Below are positions 1-17,707 of a DNA stretch of 64,000 nt, in pieces (within the stretch, counting starts at the first letter, position 1; the number at the start of each line of letters is the position of its first letter). The position numbers were made by a program, and so were the translations under genes. The notes beneath the pieces are model-generated. The model had not been told where the DNA came from. It saw only the letters and a list, made by a program, of their open reading frames with translations, and made no database searches. The stretch is from the human T2T-CHM13v2.0 reference genome, Homo sapiens. The stretch lies in NCBI RefSeq assembly GCF_009914755.1, contig NC_060936.1, one strand, 5' to 3'.

Positions 1-1869
1 CTCTCTCTTTATTCTGTCTTTATTAAATGCCTCATTCTAATTCCCAAATCATTATTTTTTGACATTTTCATTCCTATCATTTGGTTATAATTTTATAGCT
101 TTTAATCCTTTCATTGCACCTGTGTAAACTAAAGCCTTTTATGGTTCATCTTTCTCTACAAGAAGCCCAACCCTTTCCCTCCCCACCCCTTAATTCTAGT
201 ATAAGTTGCATAGATAGGTGATTTTGTGGTTCTTAAAAAGATTACATAGCAAAGGGATGGATCCTCATCATGTAAACATAATAGTTTCATTAATTTTTGG
301 CTTAAAATAGGTCTTCATTTGTCACTTAAAATTGACCTATCAAAAGTAAGCATCTGAATGTGGAATGACGAGTTCAGGAAAAGCTAAACACACTGTTCAA
401 TAGCACAATGTGGCTTGCTGACAATTTAGCTGACCCTACACCTGGAAAGTGCTATCCAGTCATGTGCCTTTGTGGAAAAGCTAAAAGTAAGTTTAGGAAG
501 GGATTCATTCTTTCAAATAATTAAAACTTAATGAGCATCTCTTATTCTTCTACTGAGTAGTCTGCAAGCTTTCACATTTGCAAGATAGTTCTGTGTCTAC
601 AAAGAGGTCAGTTATGGCCATACCACTTGTGGAAATCTAGATTTGAAATTTCAGGACTCAGGTTCTTCCCAAAAATTAGTTCAGGATCTACCAGGAATTA
701 TTGGAGCCTTAGCTTGCAGGTGTCCACATCAGTTATTGCTAACATATTTCCTCACTGTTTGCAGGGTTCTTTAGGATTCCCAATACAAAAGAAAAAAAAA
801 AACACTTCTGACTCATATTTAGGCACCTCTCCGTTAGCACTGTCTACCAAAAATAACTTAATTTTCTACTCCCGTCCACATGGATAGTCTTATGTCCACT
901 CTAAAAGGGTATGCTTCCTAAAATTAAAAAAAAAAAAACAGACAACACACCTCCTAAAATGATGACCTACTGGAATTTCCAAAATGGCACCTATTTCCTA
1001 TGTTAGTATATTAATATAACTGTGGGATATATGTTAGCATATGAGTATTAAGTTATTGTTACATAGTATAGTTGCAGCTGAGTACAAATATTGGTAAAGC
1101 AAATAATAATAATAATAATAACGCTATGTAATGAACAAAGGAAATCACCGAAAGACATTGGGATTGACTTAGCTAAGGAGGACAAGGTAGGTGACCATAT
1201 GACAGAGGACATTTTATCTGAGTATCTATGCAAAGTTCATATATTTTTCTTTTTATTTTCCTAGTTTATTTTGAGAGTCATTCAGATGCCAAATGGCATT
1301 TGTATGCTCAAAAACTCTTTCTTGAAATACTTGCATTTCAGAATGGAATGGCCCAGTACTATTTTCCTCCACTAAAGTATTACTTTGTTATTAGATTTAA
1401 GAAAGTTTCATGGTCTCTGAGAGACTTGCTCTCAAGTCTCTTCACCACTTGTGATTATGTATAGCAGTGTTTATCCCGAGACCCATCAAGATCTTTGCAC
1501 TACCGAGTCAATTGGAAACAAAATGGGGGAGGTTGTCACTCTATAAAATAAATTATCATGAAAATCTAAAGCATACATGTTTGTTTATTAAATTTCTGCC
1601 AAGACAGGTCCTCAATGTGTTTATGCCAAGTATCTTTTTTTTGGTCTGGTATAATTCCTTTTACCTAATAAATGGTAAATATTGTATACTGCTAATAAAA
1701 TTAAATGTAAAATATTCAAGCTTAAATATGTATATACTTTTTAACTTTATTCAAATGTTTGTTCAAAATTTATGAATCAAATAAGAAACTGCTCTTAAGA
1801 CCTTTTAAGAAAATCATGAGTTAAGTGGTAGAAAACAGTGACATTTTACATTTGTATGGCATTGTAAAG

Positions 1870-2530
1870 TTTATAGCATCCTTTTACATGTGTTACCTCA
1901 TTTGAATTTCAAACAATTTATCAGTTAGAGAAGGATATGATCATCATTTTCCAAATTATAGAAATGAAGTACAAAAAGGTTAAATGGTGAAAGATCACAG
2001 GACTAGTTCCTAGGAAAGCAAGCCTGGTAGCCCCAAGCTCAGTGCTTTGAAGTGCTTGATAGTAGGATAAGAATCCCAGATAGCCCTCCCATTAACTTTT
2101 CTCTGTATAGCTTCAATTAATTGAGTTTGCTGGCTAAGAACTTTGAATTTAAAATAAAAAGACCAAATTCCAGTCTTCGTTATTTTCTAGCCATGTGATT
2201 CTTATTCAAATGATGTAAACTCTCTGAGCCTGACTTCTGTATCTGCAACATGGTTATAGTGCAGCTCCTGGATCTTCCACATAGAGCTCATTTGGCCCAC
2301 ACCAACAAGGAAAAATGCTCTGAAAATGACTGAATGCCTTTTAAAAACATAAACAAATATTGTTTCATACCATCATGGCATTTTGTAATGAGGATTTAAC
2401 CCAGAGGCAAAAGATATAGGGTCAAACCTCAACTCTACCACTAGAAGCTGTGTGACTCCAGACAAGTCCTTGAACCTGTGTGAGAATTTGTTTTGTTCAC
2501 TGTAAAATAAGGATTTTTGAGTGATATTTA
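1870..2530. mobile_element. Cluster of degenerate MIR fragments
   Basis: MIR-like cores such as ctagccatgtgattctt...ctctctgagcctgacttctgtatctgcaacatgg and agctgtgtgactccagacaagtccttgaacct. Boundaries approximate. Confidence 0.5.
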
Positions 2531-2677
2531 AGTCATTTAAATAGTGATATTTATCAATGACAAATTGCTGTGAGTGGTTGAATGGGATAAACAAAAGTGT
2601 GAAGGTCTTTATACAATGAAAAGGAGCTATGCATATATATTATATATATATTTCCATATATATAGAGAAAAGCATTA

Positions 2678-3019
<342 letters not shown>

Positions 3020-3699
3020 TTAGTACTATGTCAGAAAACATAATGGCTCCTGAATCTTTTTGGCTTCTAAAGGAAATATGCCAAAGTAGGTATATGAGAG
3101 GGTGCTGTGCACAGAAGATCATATGTGACTGAAGCCTAATTTGTGACTTGTAACTCACTCATCTTCACACTTTTGCCTTTCTCAGGGAGTTTCAAACTCC
3201 TTTCTTCCTGTATTACTTAAATTTCTCAAATACCCAATGTTCTTAATTTTTGTACCACATTCTGAGGGACTTCATAAGAGTTGAACTGACATTCCATATA
3301 GACTCTTCCTTTCATGCGTAGTTATTCACCCCACTCATTTATTAAATTGACAGCTTTCTTGAGCTAGGTATAGCTAGAGGCCTCCTTATCCTCTCACTGC
3401 CAACACTAATTTTGCAAAAGAGAAGGTGTTATATGAAGCGCTGACTGCTATGAATTGACAGACAAGATCACTTTTAAATGTCTTTATGGGAAGAGTATGT
3501 AATTCATTCTCATTGATATGTGGGGGTAAAAAAAATCCCTGAAGTTGCAAACACACCCAAAAGGGCTCTTGGGAGGTGAGCAAACACATTTAAGTGGTAA
3601 CTTTACACTCTCAATGTGCAACTCAACAAATATGAGTTGTCTTAATACACACTGGATCTTCTGCCCTATAGAGGAAATCAACAGGAAGATTTGGGTTAG

Positions 3700-5268
3700 G
3701 GTCATGGCATCCTTAGGGGTATTGCTTCACCAGCCCAAAACCTCTGTGACCAGCGGCGCCTTTGTCCAAGTTTTGTTCAAGCCTGCTGGGCTCATTCAGC
3801 CTACTTGGCCCAGTAGGTTGTGCTCGGCTTGTGGGATCTGCCCAGATCCCATACCTGCCAAGGGTGAGCAAGGTGCAAAGCGGCGAGGGGTGTGTGAGTG
3901 AGCACTGGGGTCTGGCCACTGCACACAGCCAGGCATGCCGGCTGCAGCAGGGTGGGCAGCTCCAGGCGCTGGCAAAGGCACTGGCTTTTTGTGGGGTGGG
4001 CAGCTCCAGGCGCTGGCAAAGGCACAGGCTTTGTGTGAGGCTGCTGGCTGGACCGGGCATACCACAAACGGCTTCTACTGTGGGCACTGGGGAATGCAGT
4101 GGTGCCTGGAAGCTTGGCAATGCCAGGAGACACAGAGCCCCAAAGGGTGTCACAGCCCTGGCTCAGGGATCCTAGACCTAAGGGCTTCCCAAAGGGCCAC
4201 AGCTCCTCTCTCCTTCTCATCACCTGAACATGGCAATCCCGGAGTGTTTCAGCCCTGGTTATGTTACAACTGTTTCAGTCCCGCCATTCAGCAGGTCCCA
4301 AGCTCCCATCTCACCTCCAGGAAGAATGAAGCACATGGACAACCGGAGAGCGAGCAAGGCAGAGAGGAGCTTCACTGAGCAACAAAACAACTCTTAGGAG
4401 AGCCACGGTGGGCACCTTCTTTCTGCAGGCAGGTCGTCCTGACTAGCTGAGGAGACCCAAAGTGGGTATCTCCTTCCCACAGCTGGTAATCCTGACGTCT
4501 GTGTGAGTCTGGCAGAGTCTGGGGTTTTTAAGGGGTCAGAAGGGAGGAAGTGCATGCTGATTGGTCTGTGGGCAGCCATGGGTGGGCCTGGAAAAAGCTC
4601 CATAAGTTCTCACTTTGGTCTACAGACTACCCAGAACTGACAGTCTGACCCCCAGGCCTCAGGCTGTCTCTGGATTAAAGGTGGGGTTTCACCAAGGATC
4701 CACCCCTTTCTGCCCAGGAATCTGTCTGCCTCCCACCATCAACATGCCCTCCATGGCACCCAGGTAGGGGCACCTGCAGACTCACACTGAGCTGCCCTCA
4801 GCTCCCCTGCCCCAGCCTCCCTCCCAGAGCTCATTGATGCACAGAGTTTCAGAGGGGTTCCAGGCAGGATTGGCATGTCAACACTGCCCCAAGCAGGTGC
4901 ATATGGCCAGATCACAACAGCACCCAGGCTCGGCTTCAACTTTAACCTTAAATCTGGGCAGGCACCAGGAGTGGGGAAAGGCCAGGGAGCAGGAGCAGGC
5001 ACTTCTGAGCCTGCAGGGGCAGGGGGGCTTCCTGGGCCCCAGAGAGTGCAGGGATGTCCAGGTCTGGAGCCATGGCTAGGCAGCAGCAGCAGCAGCTGCA
5101 CCTGCACTGGGAAGTGTGGGTCTCCAACCCCTTTAACTTGGTAGGGGGCAGGGCTGCCACCTGTTCCTGGCCCCTGCCGGCTTTGCACAGTGTGGGGCCC
5201 TGGCCACACCTGCCCCACTGCAGCATCTGCCTTTGCAGAGGCCACTTCAGGCAGCCTCTGCTGCCATT
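3700..5268 (-). mobile_element. MER52-type ERV1 solo LTR
   Basis: GC-rich 1.55 kb block with an MER52-like end (gtcatggcatccttaggggtattgcttcaccagcc) and an internal tandem gggtgggcagctccaggcgctggcaaaggcac. It explains the overlapping spurious ORFs here. Confidence 0.8.
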
Positions 5269-8200
5269 AGGACCAAAAATAGTAAAATTCCTCTGAGATT
5301 ATAGTTGAGTGGATTTGGGGACTTTGATGATATACATCATTGTCATTCTCTATTTCATTTGTAACTAGATATTATTCAGATGTTAAATTCAAAAAAATAT
5401 AAATAACACATTAAAAGAGTAGTTTCATTAGGTATATAGCTATATTCTTTAAAATCTCATCCATTGCTATAAATTCATGCATTTATGCATTACTCTCTAG
5501 TTTCTTAACATTCAGCTTGACATTTCCTTTTCTATTGACACCAATAAAGCCCAATGCATTTTCTGTATAACTAAATCATCTTGAAAAGAGTTTAAAACAT
5601 GATACAAAAATGAAATTGAAATTGTCTTTTATAGCTTATGAATAAATTTTGAATATTCCCTTTGTGCTTTGTGATTTAGGTGCTGAACGGCTAAGGTATA
5701 AATAGTACACCACTACTAGGTTCCTAAAAAGCCGCTTTGATTTGAGATATATTTAACTTCTACCTCGAAGACATAGTTTTTATATTGGAAGAAAATGTTT
5801 TTTGCTCCTAGGAAACTTCAGTATTATTCTCATCACAAGCTTAACATGCTATATCTTTCCCAAAGTTGGTGTATTTCATTGAATCATTTTCATGTGCTCT
5901 GACTGAAGAATATCAATATCACTCTTCAGATGAAAGGTGGTTCCAGTAATGCCTGATGTCTCAGCATCATTTGTAATACAAATGATGGGGAGCCTGTGGC
6001 TTAATGGCCACTAATTTATTTTGAATTTATGATGCATTGCAGCCATTAGTAGTAAGCTGCTTTACATCAGTTCATGGCGAATAAGAGTTCTGTTTGTGGT
6101 AGGTTTTATTTCTTGATGTCAGATGAGAAAATATGACTATTTCAAAAGGAAAATAAACCCAGTCCTAAAGTGGAATCAGGTCAGAAGTCTACCAGTTCTG
6201 TGTAACAATATATCATGCACTTCACTGTGCCTTATCATAGGTAACTGTGGGGTATTTTTAAATGAAAAACTGTAGCCCTGCTGCTTTTGCATTATATTAA
6301 AACATAAATTTAATATGCAATTTCCACTGGGGTTTTTTGAACACTTTATTAATATATATTTATCATGAAATTTTGCAGAATAAGTAATATATTATAAATT
6401 TTATGTTATGAAGATTGCCATATATTTAAAAACATACCAACATTAGAATAAAACTAACCTTTCAAATGGCCCCTAACAGATATAAATTCTCTATGACTTT
6501 GATAGGAAAAAAGGAGAAGCGGAATGCATCATTCACCCTTTAAAGAGATCACCATCTACTTGAGGTAACAAGATTTTGGTAGAAACATTATTTTAATGTA
6601 TGGTTTTAATAAGAACTCAGGGATATAGTTGGTGAGACACCATACAACTGTGAGAGATTTATTCCCATATCTGAGAATAAAAGGTATCAGAGGTTGGAAA
6701 TATGAGAGCAAGGCTCCAGGGACAGAAGCATCATGGACATGGCTGAGTTTGAGCTGGATCTTAAAGAAAGAGCAAAATATTAGCAGAAACAACATGCACA
6801 CAAAGCACAATGGAGGCAAAATAATAAAAATTGCTAGAGAGTGGGTGTTAAATCAAATGGTTTATCTGAGAGAAGAGATTTCATAAATATGAAATAATAG
6901 AAAATAGGGAGGGCTTGAGTGAAATGCTTTAAATGAACACAAAAAACAAACAAAAACAAAGTTTTTCTAAAACTAATTTTAAGCACCATATCCAAATTAC
7001 TAACTCCAGCAGCCACTAAGGTCCATTGTAGGGTGAGTTCTTGTCTTGAGCTAATTTTCACTTTGGTCAGGCATCACTCCAAGGCTGGATTGGTTCAGGA
7101 GGCTACACTTGGTGACTTTCCCCACTATCAGCTGCTGCAGATGCTGTATTTCCCACCACTGCAGTTAAATCATTCCTTCTAAACAACAGACTGGGCAGAT
7201 GCCACTTTAGGACCCTATCAAAATAACTTGACCACAGATGACCAGCCTCGTTGGAACTCACTGCCTAATTCTGCCTAGAAATTAAGACCTCATCTTAATT
7301 ATTTAGTTCTTCATCTCTTTCTAGCCTTTGTTACTAAACAAGTCCTGATCATCTGTCCTCCTTATGCATAACTTCCTCCACATGCTGACCAATGATTCTC
7401 CAATGATTTCTAGTCTTGCATTAGCATGCCTTCCAATCCCTCCCACTGAGCCCTCTGAAACTGCTTTTCCAAGATATTTCCTGTCATCTGTTCTCTACAC
7501 CCTCAGCCTCCATTTCACTGAACAATTCCTCTGTTTGCTTATCCTAAGCAAGCCCTGAGGTCTTCTCTGACTGACTTCCAATATGCATATTGGAGATTGC
7601 ATGTTGTTCCACAGCTTTTCAATGGTGAGTCACAGACACCGGCTCTCAAGACTCAGATAACATCTGTGCTTGTGCTGTGAGGCACAGTTGCAGATGGGGA
7701 AGGGATCTGCAAATGAGGTACAAAGGACATTTAGGGTCAGCATCAAACAGGACATACAACTCACCTAATCCTCTCCATGAGGTTATCTTCTTTGAGAGAA
7801 TTTTGGCACACACCTAAAAGCCTAGATAATAATAATAAAGAGGCTACTCATTATCTTATGAAATCATTGATGAATTAAAATTGAAGATTTATAATAAGTT
7901 AAAAATGCCAGTGTTTGGGTTGATTGCATTGTTGAGAAAGAGGAATTTCAGACCAGTTTATTAGAATTCTAAGGAGTGATTTTTGCTTAGTAATGGACCT
8001 TTTAAAATAGTCAGTCCAATCTCTAAAACCTCTTTCCTCTTGAAACATCATTAAATAATTTTACTTTAAACTATGTCCTCTTAGGCATTTGATTACTAAC
8101 AAAATGTTTATGCTCCTTAACTGCTTTGACTGCAATAAAAAGGGAGCTGACTTCCTGAGTAACTGGGTAAATTGATAGGACTTTTTCTAGATTTTCTAAT

Positions 8201-8966
8201 GTTTAATACCATTGCTTTTATTTGAAAAGACTGGACTTTTGGGGGGATGACTTGGACTCCCTGTCTTTAGATTGTCCTGACTCTAGCCTGTCCCTGTTAC
8301 ACAATTTTCCCTAGCTCTGAACCAGTGTTCCTGGCCCTAGAAGCACAGTTAAATTAACTGATACTTGGGGTATGGTCCTGTTTTTATCCTGTAAACTCTT
8401 ATACCAACCCAACAAATGGAATAGTTCCTTTCTTCTCCAATGGTTTAGCATATCAGCTTGCGCCTGTAGGTCACTGGTCTAAACTAGAGTACACCACACA
8501 AAGAGCTTGTGGATTGCAGAGACTGATACTGCTTTGCCTATACAGTATGAGATAATGATCCATTCTCCTGTTTTATTTCATTATTTGGTTGTTTATAAGA
8601 TTTATATTAAATTATATCCTTAAAGATCTCTAGGCTATGCATTCTCATGGTGCTTTATCACAGAGATATTGTACTTATAAAAAATGTATTCACATCAACT
8701 CCACAGCAGATGTCTGGTCTAAACTATTTTGCCCAGCACGTATACCACATTGGATTTGGGTGGTTTCAGTTTTGATTTGGAGAATTGCTTTAGCAGTCTA
8801 TGTCACACCATCACAAGAATGAAATCTTTCTGCCAAGGAATTATTTTATCCATAAAATATGCAACTATACTATAAGATTTCCAAGATAGAATACCTCCTA
8901 ACAAAAACATAATTCTTCAAAGCGTATGTGTGAATGATTGTGAAATACAAGTACAAATCTAAACTT

Positions 8967-9110
8967 GTTTCCATATCAAACTGAGGGCTGGGCTGCTATT
9001 TCTCGTGGACCAATAACAAGATGCAGATGAACTGGGGAGGAAGAGAGTTTTTATTTTCTGCAACTGGTTATGGGAGAAGGCCTGTCTATTCTGACATAGA
9101 CCAAGTCTCT
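8967..9110 (-). mobile_element. Short ERV1-type LTR fragment
   Basis: aaactgagggctgggctgctatttctcgtggaccaataacaagatgcagatgaact resembles an MER4-group LTR end; family uncertain. Confidence 0.45.
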
Positions 9111-9408
9111 GTCCTTGTTTCCAAAATATAAAGTATTTTTCATTCATCCTACCCTTTGCTGGCATTTCAACATTTTGCTTGTCACTAATTTTGACTCTTT
9201 ATCTTAACAAGGGTTTATGGCAGGGAATAGTATTGACCCACAGATGAGCTTTGCCTCAGAGAAAGAAAATGCTAATGACTGCTCATAGGTGAAAGACTAT
9301 GAGCACACAGATTAGCTCTCAGGAAATTTAACACTTAGGTACAAAAGAATCTCTTGAGGATACTGATCCTTATTAAGAGCAGATTTTTGTTTTCTATCCT
9401 CAAAGATT

Positions 9409-11902
<2,494 letters not shown>

Positions 11903-12389
11903 TGAGAAACCTTACCCAGTGTGTTTGTAAATGTGGTGTCAGGAGGAACAAACTTTTCACAGCTGTCCTGGACAGATGCCAGAAATTTCCCCTTCTTTGC
12001 TCTTAGTGCTGGTTAGTCTTAGGAATAACAGGCTTCCTAGGGTTTCTTGTAGATGCTCATTAAAAATAGGGCAAAAAATCCAGAGATACAGTGACGGGTT
12101 CTGCTCCTTTCTTTCAGAAGGAAATGAAAAGCAAGTTATCGTAGGGATAGCATGCTAATACAGTCACCGTTTTCAGTTACCACCATTCTTTTCACTCAAT
12201 TTTAGAGTTCTTTCAAGAAGCAAGGAAACATCAATTTGAATCTGAAGAAAATTCACGGGAATCTCTGAAGCCAGCCAGTAGTTAAAAGCAAGAACTTTGT
12301 GCTATTGGTTAGTTGATTTACAGCTTATTTTAGGACAGAGAGGAAAGGAGTGTGTGTTCAATGTTCACTTTGTTGCCTGCCAGTCCTCC

Positions 12390-13053
12390 TGTTATGGTAG
12401 AAGTTATCTGAGTTACTGGTGGTGAATCCATCTGGGTCTGCAGCAACCTCAATTCCTGCCTCCCCAGAAGAAATAATTTGACTGAGGGGCATAAGGCAGA
12501 AAGAGACTGAGGCAAGTTTCAGAGCAGGAGTGGACGTTTATTAAAAAGTTTTACAGCAGGAAAGAACACTTAAAAGAGATCCTAGCGGGTGACTTGGGGT
12601 GTTTAACTGTGATCCTAGGACTTTATAGGCTGGCATCTTGCAGCCCTTTCCCATGATTCTTCCCTTAGGGTGGGCTGCTCACATGCACAGTGCCCTCCTT
12701 GCTCTTGGGAAGTGAGCATGAGCAGTCTGTTTAGGAAGTTGCACACATGTGCATCTGAGGCTTTCTTCCCTTTTCTGGTAGAGTGCCCCTGGAAAGTCAT
12801 ATTCCAACATTTTGTCTCTTAATGCTCATGTCCAGGAACTTGCTTCTCCCTGGCACTTGCATTCTATTAACACTTTAATGTTAACAGCTCTGGATCATCA
12901 GGAAATTGTCTCTCCCTGGTGGCCTAGGTGGGGCTGCTGAATTATCATTTTTAAAGAGGCAGTGTGATAATTGTCAAACCACCACCTAATATTCCTAGTG
13001 GATGTGGGAGAAAAGCCCACTCTTGCCCTGTTCATGCCTAACAACCTGTAACA
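12390..13053 (-). mobile_element. ERV1 solo LTR (LTR9-like)
   Basis: TG...CA termini, 4-bp TSD ctcc at 12386-12389 and 13054-13057, minus-strand AATAAA near 12540. Confidence 0.8.
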
Positions 13054-14668
13054 CTCCACAGTGTCCCTAAATGTCAACCTAGGAGGAAAGTGAGAAATCA
13101 CAGTGGAGATGGGAAAATCAAGTGTTCTGCAGTTTAAAGAGAAATTAAAGGCAAGGAAAAATATCCTAATGAAAGCTGTTGAAAATGTATAGAGAGGTTT
13201 GAAACAATCAGGCATCTGTAGATAATGGTCCTGATCTAAAAGATAAACCCAAAGAAGAGAAACACTTATCAAAATGAATTTCTCTAGAGATATTTTAGGC
13301 TCTGCTGAAAGTAAGGATGGGGAATTAATGATATTCTTGGGCTACATCTTTATCAATATCTTTATCAGTCAATATATTTTGAAGATTCTCTTTCCTTCAG
13401 CATGTTTTTCCTCTCTGTATAAATCCATGCACAGTTAATTTTCTTCATAATTTCATGTTTTAGTTTGGTTTTATTACTAGAGCTACATTATTGGAAGTTT
13501 AAGAAAGGATCTTCCCACCCACAAGAAATTGCATGCATCTGTAAATTGTCAAAAAAAGTAGATGACTCAGTGCACAGAAATTATTCTGACAAAGAAGAAA
13601 CCACTCTTTCAGAACTTAATTATGTATAATGCTAGGCTGCAGAAGAAGCAATGCTTGAGGTACCAGAGGGAAAATGCATATGAATATCAGTTACTCAAGG
13701 GACTCATCATGCTGTTTCACTGATAATTAGTCATACTGTTTAAAAAGAGAAATTTAGGATGCCGGCACTAAAGAAAGAGGCTAGAGTAATTACTGAGGAG
13801 TCAGAACAAAAGGCAAACTTTGTAAATTATTTACCTATAAATCAAAACATCGTTTTTCTACATTAATATTTTTGGACTTAAGAAAATACTTGTAAAAGTT
13901 ATATTGACAAAAGATCATTTAAATGCCTTTGCATTTAAAATTCATTCTGATAATTTGCCATCTCTAAATTAGAGAAAAGGATACAACATCATAATCTTAC
14001 ATGACATGCTTTGCATTTTTAGCATTTATATAAATCCTTTAAAATATAAACTCCTTAAAGGCAGGCATCATAACTATCTTGTTCATCATAATCCCTGCAC
14101 ATAGCCTGAAAGATGCTCAGTAAATATGTGGTGAGTAAAGGAATGAACAAATTTTTTCACTTGTATTGTTGTAAAAATTGTCTAAATCAATTTTCAAGTA
14201 AATTAAGACTTTAACAAATTTTTATTAAACAAATTAAATATATTTAGAAGCTACTACATCCAAATATTACATTTAAATGTGTACAATTGATACATAAATT
14301 TTCCAATTACATATCAATTTCTAATTTTGAAAATGAGGAATTTTTATACTGAACTTACAATAATCTTAAGCACATAGGATTTGCAATGAAAAAGACTTAG
14401 ATTCAAAGCCTGGCTCTGTAATTTGTTCAGTCACAAGAACTTAACTTTTCCAAGCTTCCATTTCCAAATCTGTAGAATATGAGTTCAACTATTTAACTTA
14501 CAGTCTTACTGAGAGAAAATGAAATACTGAATGAAAGTCACTTAGTGGAGTACTTGTAATTCACTAAAACTCACTGTTGAAAGTTATTATTAGGATGTTT
14601 TCTATATGAGAAACAAAAAAAGATTCAGTTTAAACAAAATGCACATATATTATCTTGCGTAAGATTAT

Positions 14669-15571
14669 TGATAGGGACTGGAGGCAGGGAAATTCTGAGC
14701 AGAAGAGGGCGAGTCCCCTGGCAAGTGCCCCACCCTCAAGCCTGGAACAGCAGCCCAAAATGAGAACATACATTTCTTTTTTCCCACTGGAATGTTGCCT
14801 TTTCCAAAACCACCCATAACCCCCCACCCAGCACCCCCATCCCATACCCATAAAAACCCTAGGCTCTGCTGGCAGAGAAGAGGAGAAGCAGCTGGACATT
14901 AGAGATTATGGTTGGACGTCAGAGAGAAGCAGCTTGACTTCAGAGTGACGGCTTGACAATGTTGCTTCAAAGAGGAGTCCAGCGGGGAAGGCTGGACTCT
15001 GGGGGAAGCTTATCTTCCAGTTCCATTCCCTTTGCAGCTCCCCTTCCTGCTGAAAGCCACTTTCATTGGCAACAAAATCCTCCATATTCACCAACCCTCA
15101 ATTCATTCGTGCAACCTGATTTTTCCTGGATGCTAAACAAGAGCTCGGGTGCCACAGGTGCAGATGCTAAAGGCTATCACACTGACCCTCTGCCCTCACT
15201 GGCAGAGAGCACCCACCTCATGCAAAAAGGCAGAGGGCCCACTGAGCTATAAATACTTAAGCCGTCTGTGGACGGCAAAAGCTAAAAGAGTGCTGACTGT
15301 AACACATGCCCTCTGAGGCTTCGGCGATAGCAGGCACCTCCTAGACACTGCTGCAGGGCCCTGGATGGAGATTGGTCTGGCCAGCACCCAAAAGCGCTTG
15401 CCCCAACTCCTGTACCCACTCATCTGTGCACTCCCTCTTGCGAGGGGTGAAATGTAATGGGTCCCAGTGAGTGGAGTTTGCCCCTGCCAGTGCTGAAGTG
15501 GCCGGCTACATCCAGTGCCCATGTACTCTAGATCCCCCCATCAAAGGTGTCAGGGAAACTTTTCTGCTTCA
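14669..15571 (+). mobile_element. ERV1 solo LTR (LTR1/LTR28/MER52 group)
   Basis: tgataggga...ctgcttca termini with 4-bp TSD ttat at 14665-14668 and 15572-15575. Confidence 0.82.
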
Positions 15572-15599
15572 TTATGAGAGCCTCATCTCATTGAATTGA

Positions 15600-15975
15600 G
15601 AGGTAGGGTAGACCCTAAGGTTAGTTGATTCTGGAGTTCAAGGATGTCATCAGAAACCAGGTATTTACACCCCTCCCCTCATCTCCCTCATCACCTTCAT
15701 CCTTAGACTGCTTCTCTTTATGATTATAAAATGGGTGCCAGGAGCAATCAGACAATATGCTGTCTTTTTCATATCTGAAGAAAACAGAAACAAAATTTGT
15801 CTTCCTTACCCTCAAAGCCCTAACCAAGTCTATTCTCGCATTTTATTCACTCAAATGAGTTTAGGTCTAACCATTCCCATAAAGTATTAGCAAAAGAATG
15901 AGGTCATTGTCACTGGCATAGAGTCCTATTGGGTTGGGAATGGATGTTGGAGAATCAAGCATAGTATCCACTACA
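15600..15975 (-). mobile_element. Degenerate MLT1-type MaLR LTR
   Basis: ggagttcaaggatgtcatcag motif and a tccactaca terminus. Confidence 0.45.
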
Positions 15976-16369
15976 ATGATGATAATGACAATGGGGATGA
16001 TGGATAATTGCCCTATGAATTGATACAAAAGTAGTAAAATTTCAAGTTAAGATTTAAATCAACAAATAATAGAAGAAACTCTGTACATAGGCACTGAAGT
16101 AGAAATTCAATGGGTTGGTCACCAAACACACAATGAATGACAAAAAATAATTCACATTCTACCTCAGGAGACAGAAGTATCAGAATCAAAGTAACATGCC
16201 ATAATATAGAACTGTGGCAATTATGATACACGCACACATAAAAAAGCAGATATTCTTCCTGGAAGGTTTAGAAGGTGTACATAGAGGTTATATTTAAGAT
16301 TAATTTTGAAATTCTTATAGACATTTCTTATGTCTGCAAAAAAGGCATATTCGTCAGAATTACACTGAA

Positions 16370-17100
16370 AGCACTGGAAGACTAGGAAGTTTAATTATCT
16401 TTTGTTCATTCTGTATCATCAGTGCCTAGAGCTATGTTTAAAACATAGTGGGTACTCAATATTTATAAGAATATGAACAACATTCACAAAGGTAATCATG
16501 AAAGAATGGAAAACATAAAGTGAAAAATTGTGAAGTTGAAGACAGGTCACATGATGAATGGGACATGTCTTATTTTAAAGTATTTAGCCTTTATTCTGGA
16601 GCTAATAGTCAATTACGGGTTTTAAAAAGGAGAACCATAATCAATAATATGCTTTTTGAAAGATCACTCTTGGTTACTTCTTTGTGTCCAGTAAAAGGTC
16701 GGATGAACTTCAAGTAAGGAAACAGCAACAAGGAGAAAAGAAATAACTGTCTTCGAAGTATATTTAGAAAACAGACTTGTCAGTACTTTGTAATTAATTT
16801 GATGTCAAATGTGAAGCACAAGGAGTAATCTAAGATGATGTCTGGCTTTCAGGCTTGATTGAATGGATAGTGATGTCTACCAATGAAATCAGCAATACAA
16901 GAGCCAAAGCAGATTTTATTTCAGGGCATGAATTAAACAATATATATGACTCAGTTTATTTTGAGGCATCAGTGACATGAGCACCTGAAAATGCTAGAAA
17001 GGTCTTGTTTGTCTTGTCCTACAATCAGAAAAGAGTTTTAATCTACAATTTTTAATTTGGTACCCACCAGGTAGTCAAAGTCTAAAGAAAACTTAGAAAG
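16370..17100. mobile_element. Degenerate L2 fragments
   Basis: L2-like motifs ttgttcattctgtatcatcagtgcctaga, tttgaaagatcactcttgg and aagatgatgtctggctttcaggcttga. Confidence 0.5.
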
Positions 17101-17389
17101 TGAGATGAGAAGATGGCTTCACATTTAACGTTGAGCTGAGCAAAAGTAGACTCTGAGTTAATGTTAACTCCCTCAAGAACATCTTTAATAGTACCCCAGT
17201 TTGGTTCAAGCTATGTTAGCATTCCAAATAGGCTGTCCTCTCATGCATCTGAACCCAGCAGAAAATTATTTTATCTTTTCCTTCAAAGAATATTGACAAA
17301 GTAACAGCAACATAATTAAGAAATTTATGGATGAGGATGTCCTTGCAATATGATCCCTACCCCCTCAAAGTCAGAAAGGCAATAGTGTG

Positions 17390-17707
17390 TTTTTTTACTG
17401 TTGTTTGTATGTATGTGTTTTTGCTTTTGTGACAGGATCTCACTCTGTCATGCAGGCTGGAGTGTAGTGACGATCATAGCTTGCTGCAGTCTCAAACTCT
17501 TGAGCTCAGGCAATCCTCCTGCCTCAGCCTAACGGGTAGCTGGGACTACAGGTGTGCACCCCCATGCCTGTCTAATTATTTTATTTTAGTAGTGACAGTG
17601 TCTCACCGTATTGCCTAGGCTAGTCTCTAAATCCTGTGCTCAAGAGATCCTCCTGCCTCAGACTCCCAAAGAGCTGGAATTACAAGTGTGAGCCAGTGCA
17701 CCTGGCC
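17390..17707 (-). mobile_element. AluJ
   Basis: Antisense dimer with J-type gatcctcctgcctcag and a degenerate T-rich tail. Confidence 0.85.

Noticed and set aside
3545-5296. Many overlapping 80-170 aa ORFs on both strands
   Set aside because: They fall in a GC-rich MER52-type LTR with few stop codons and resemble no protein I recognise.
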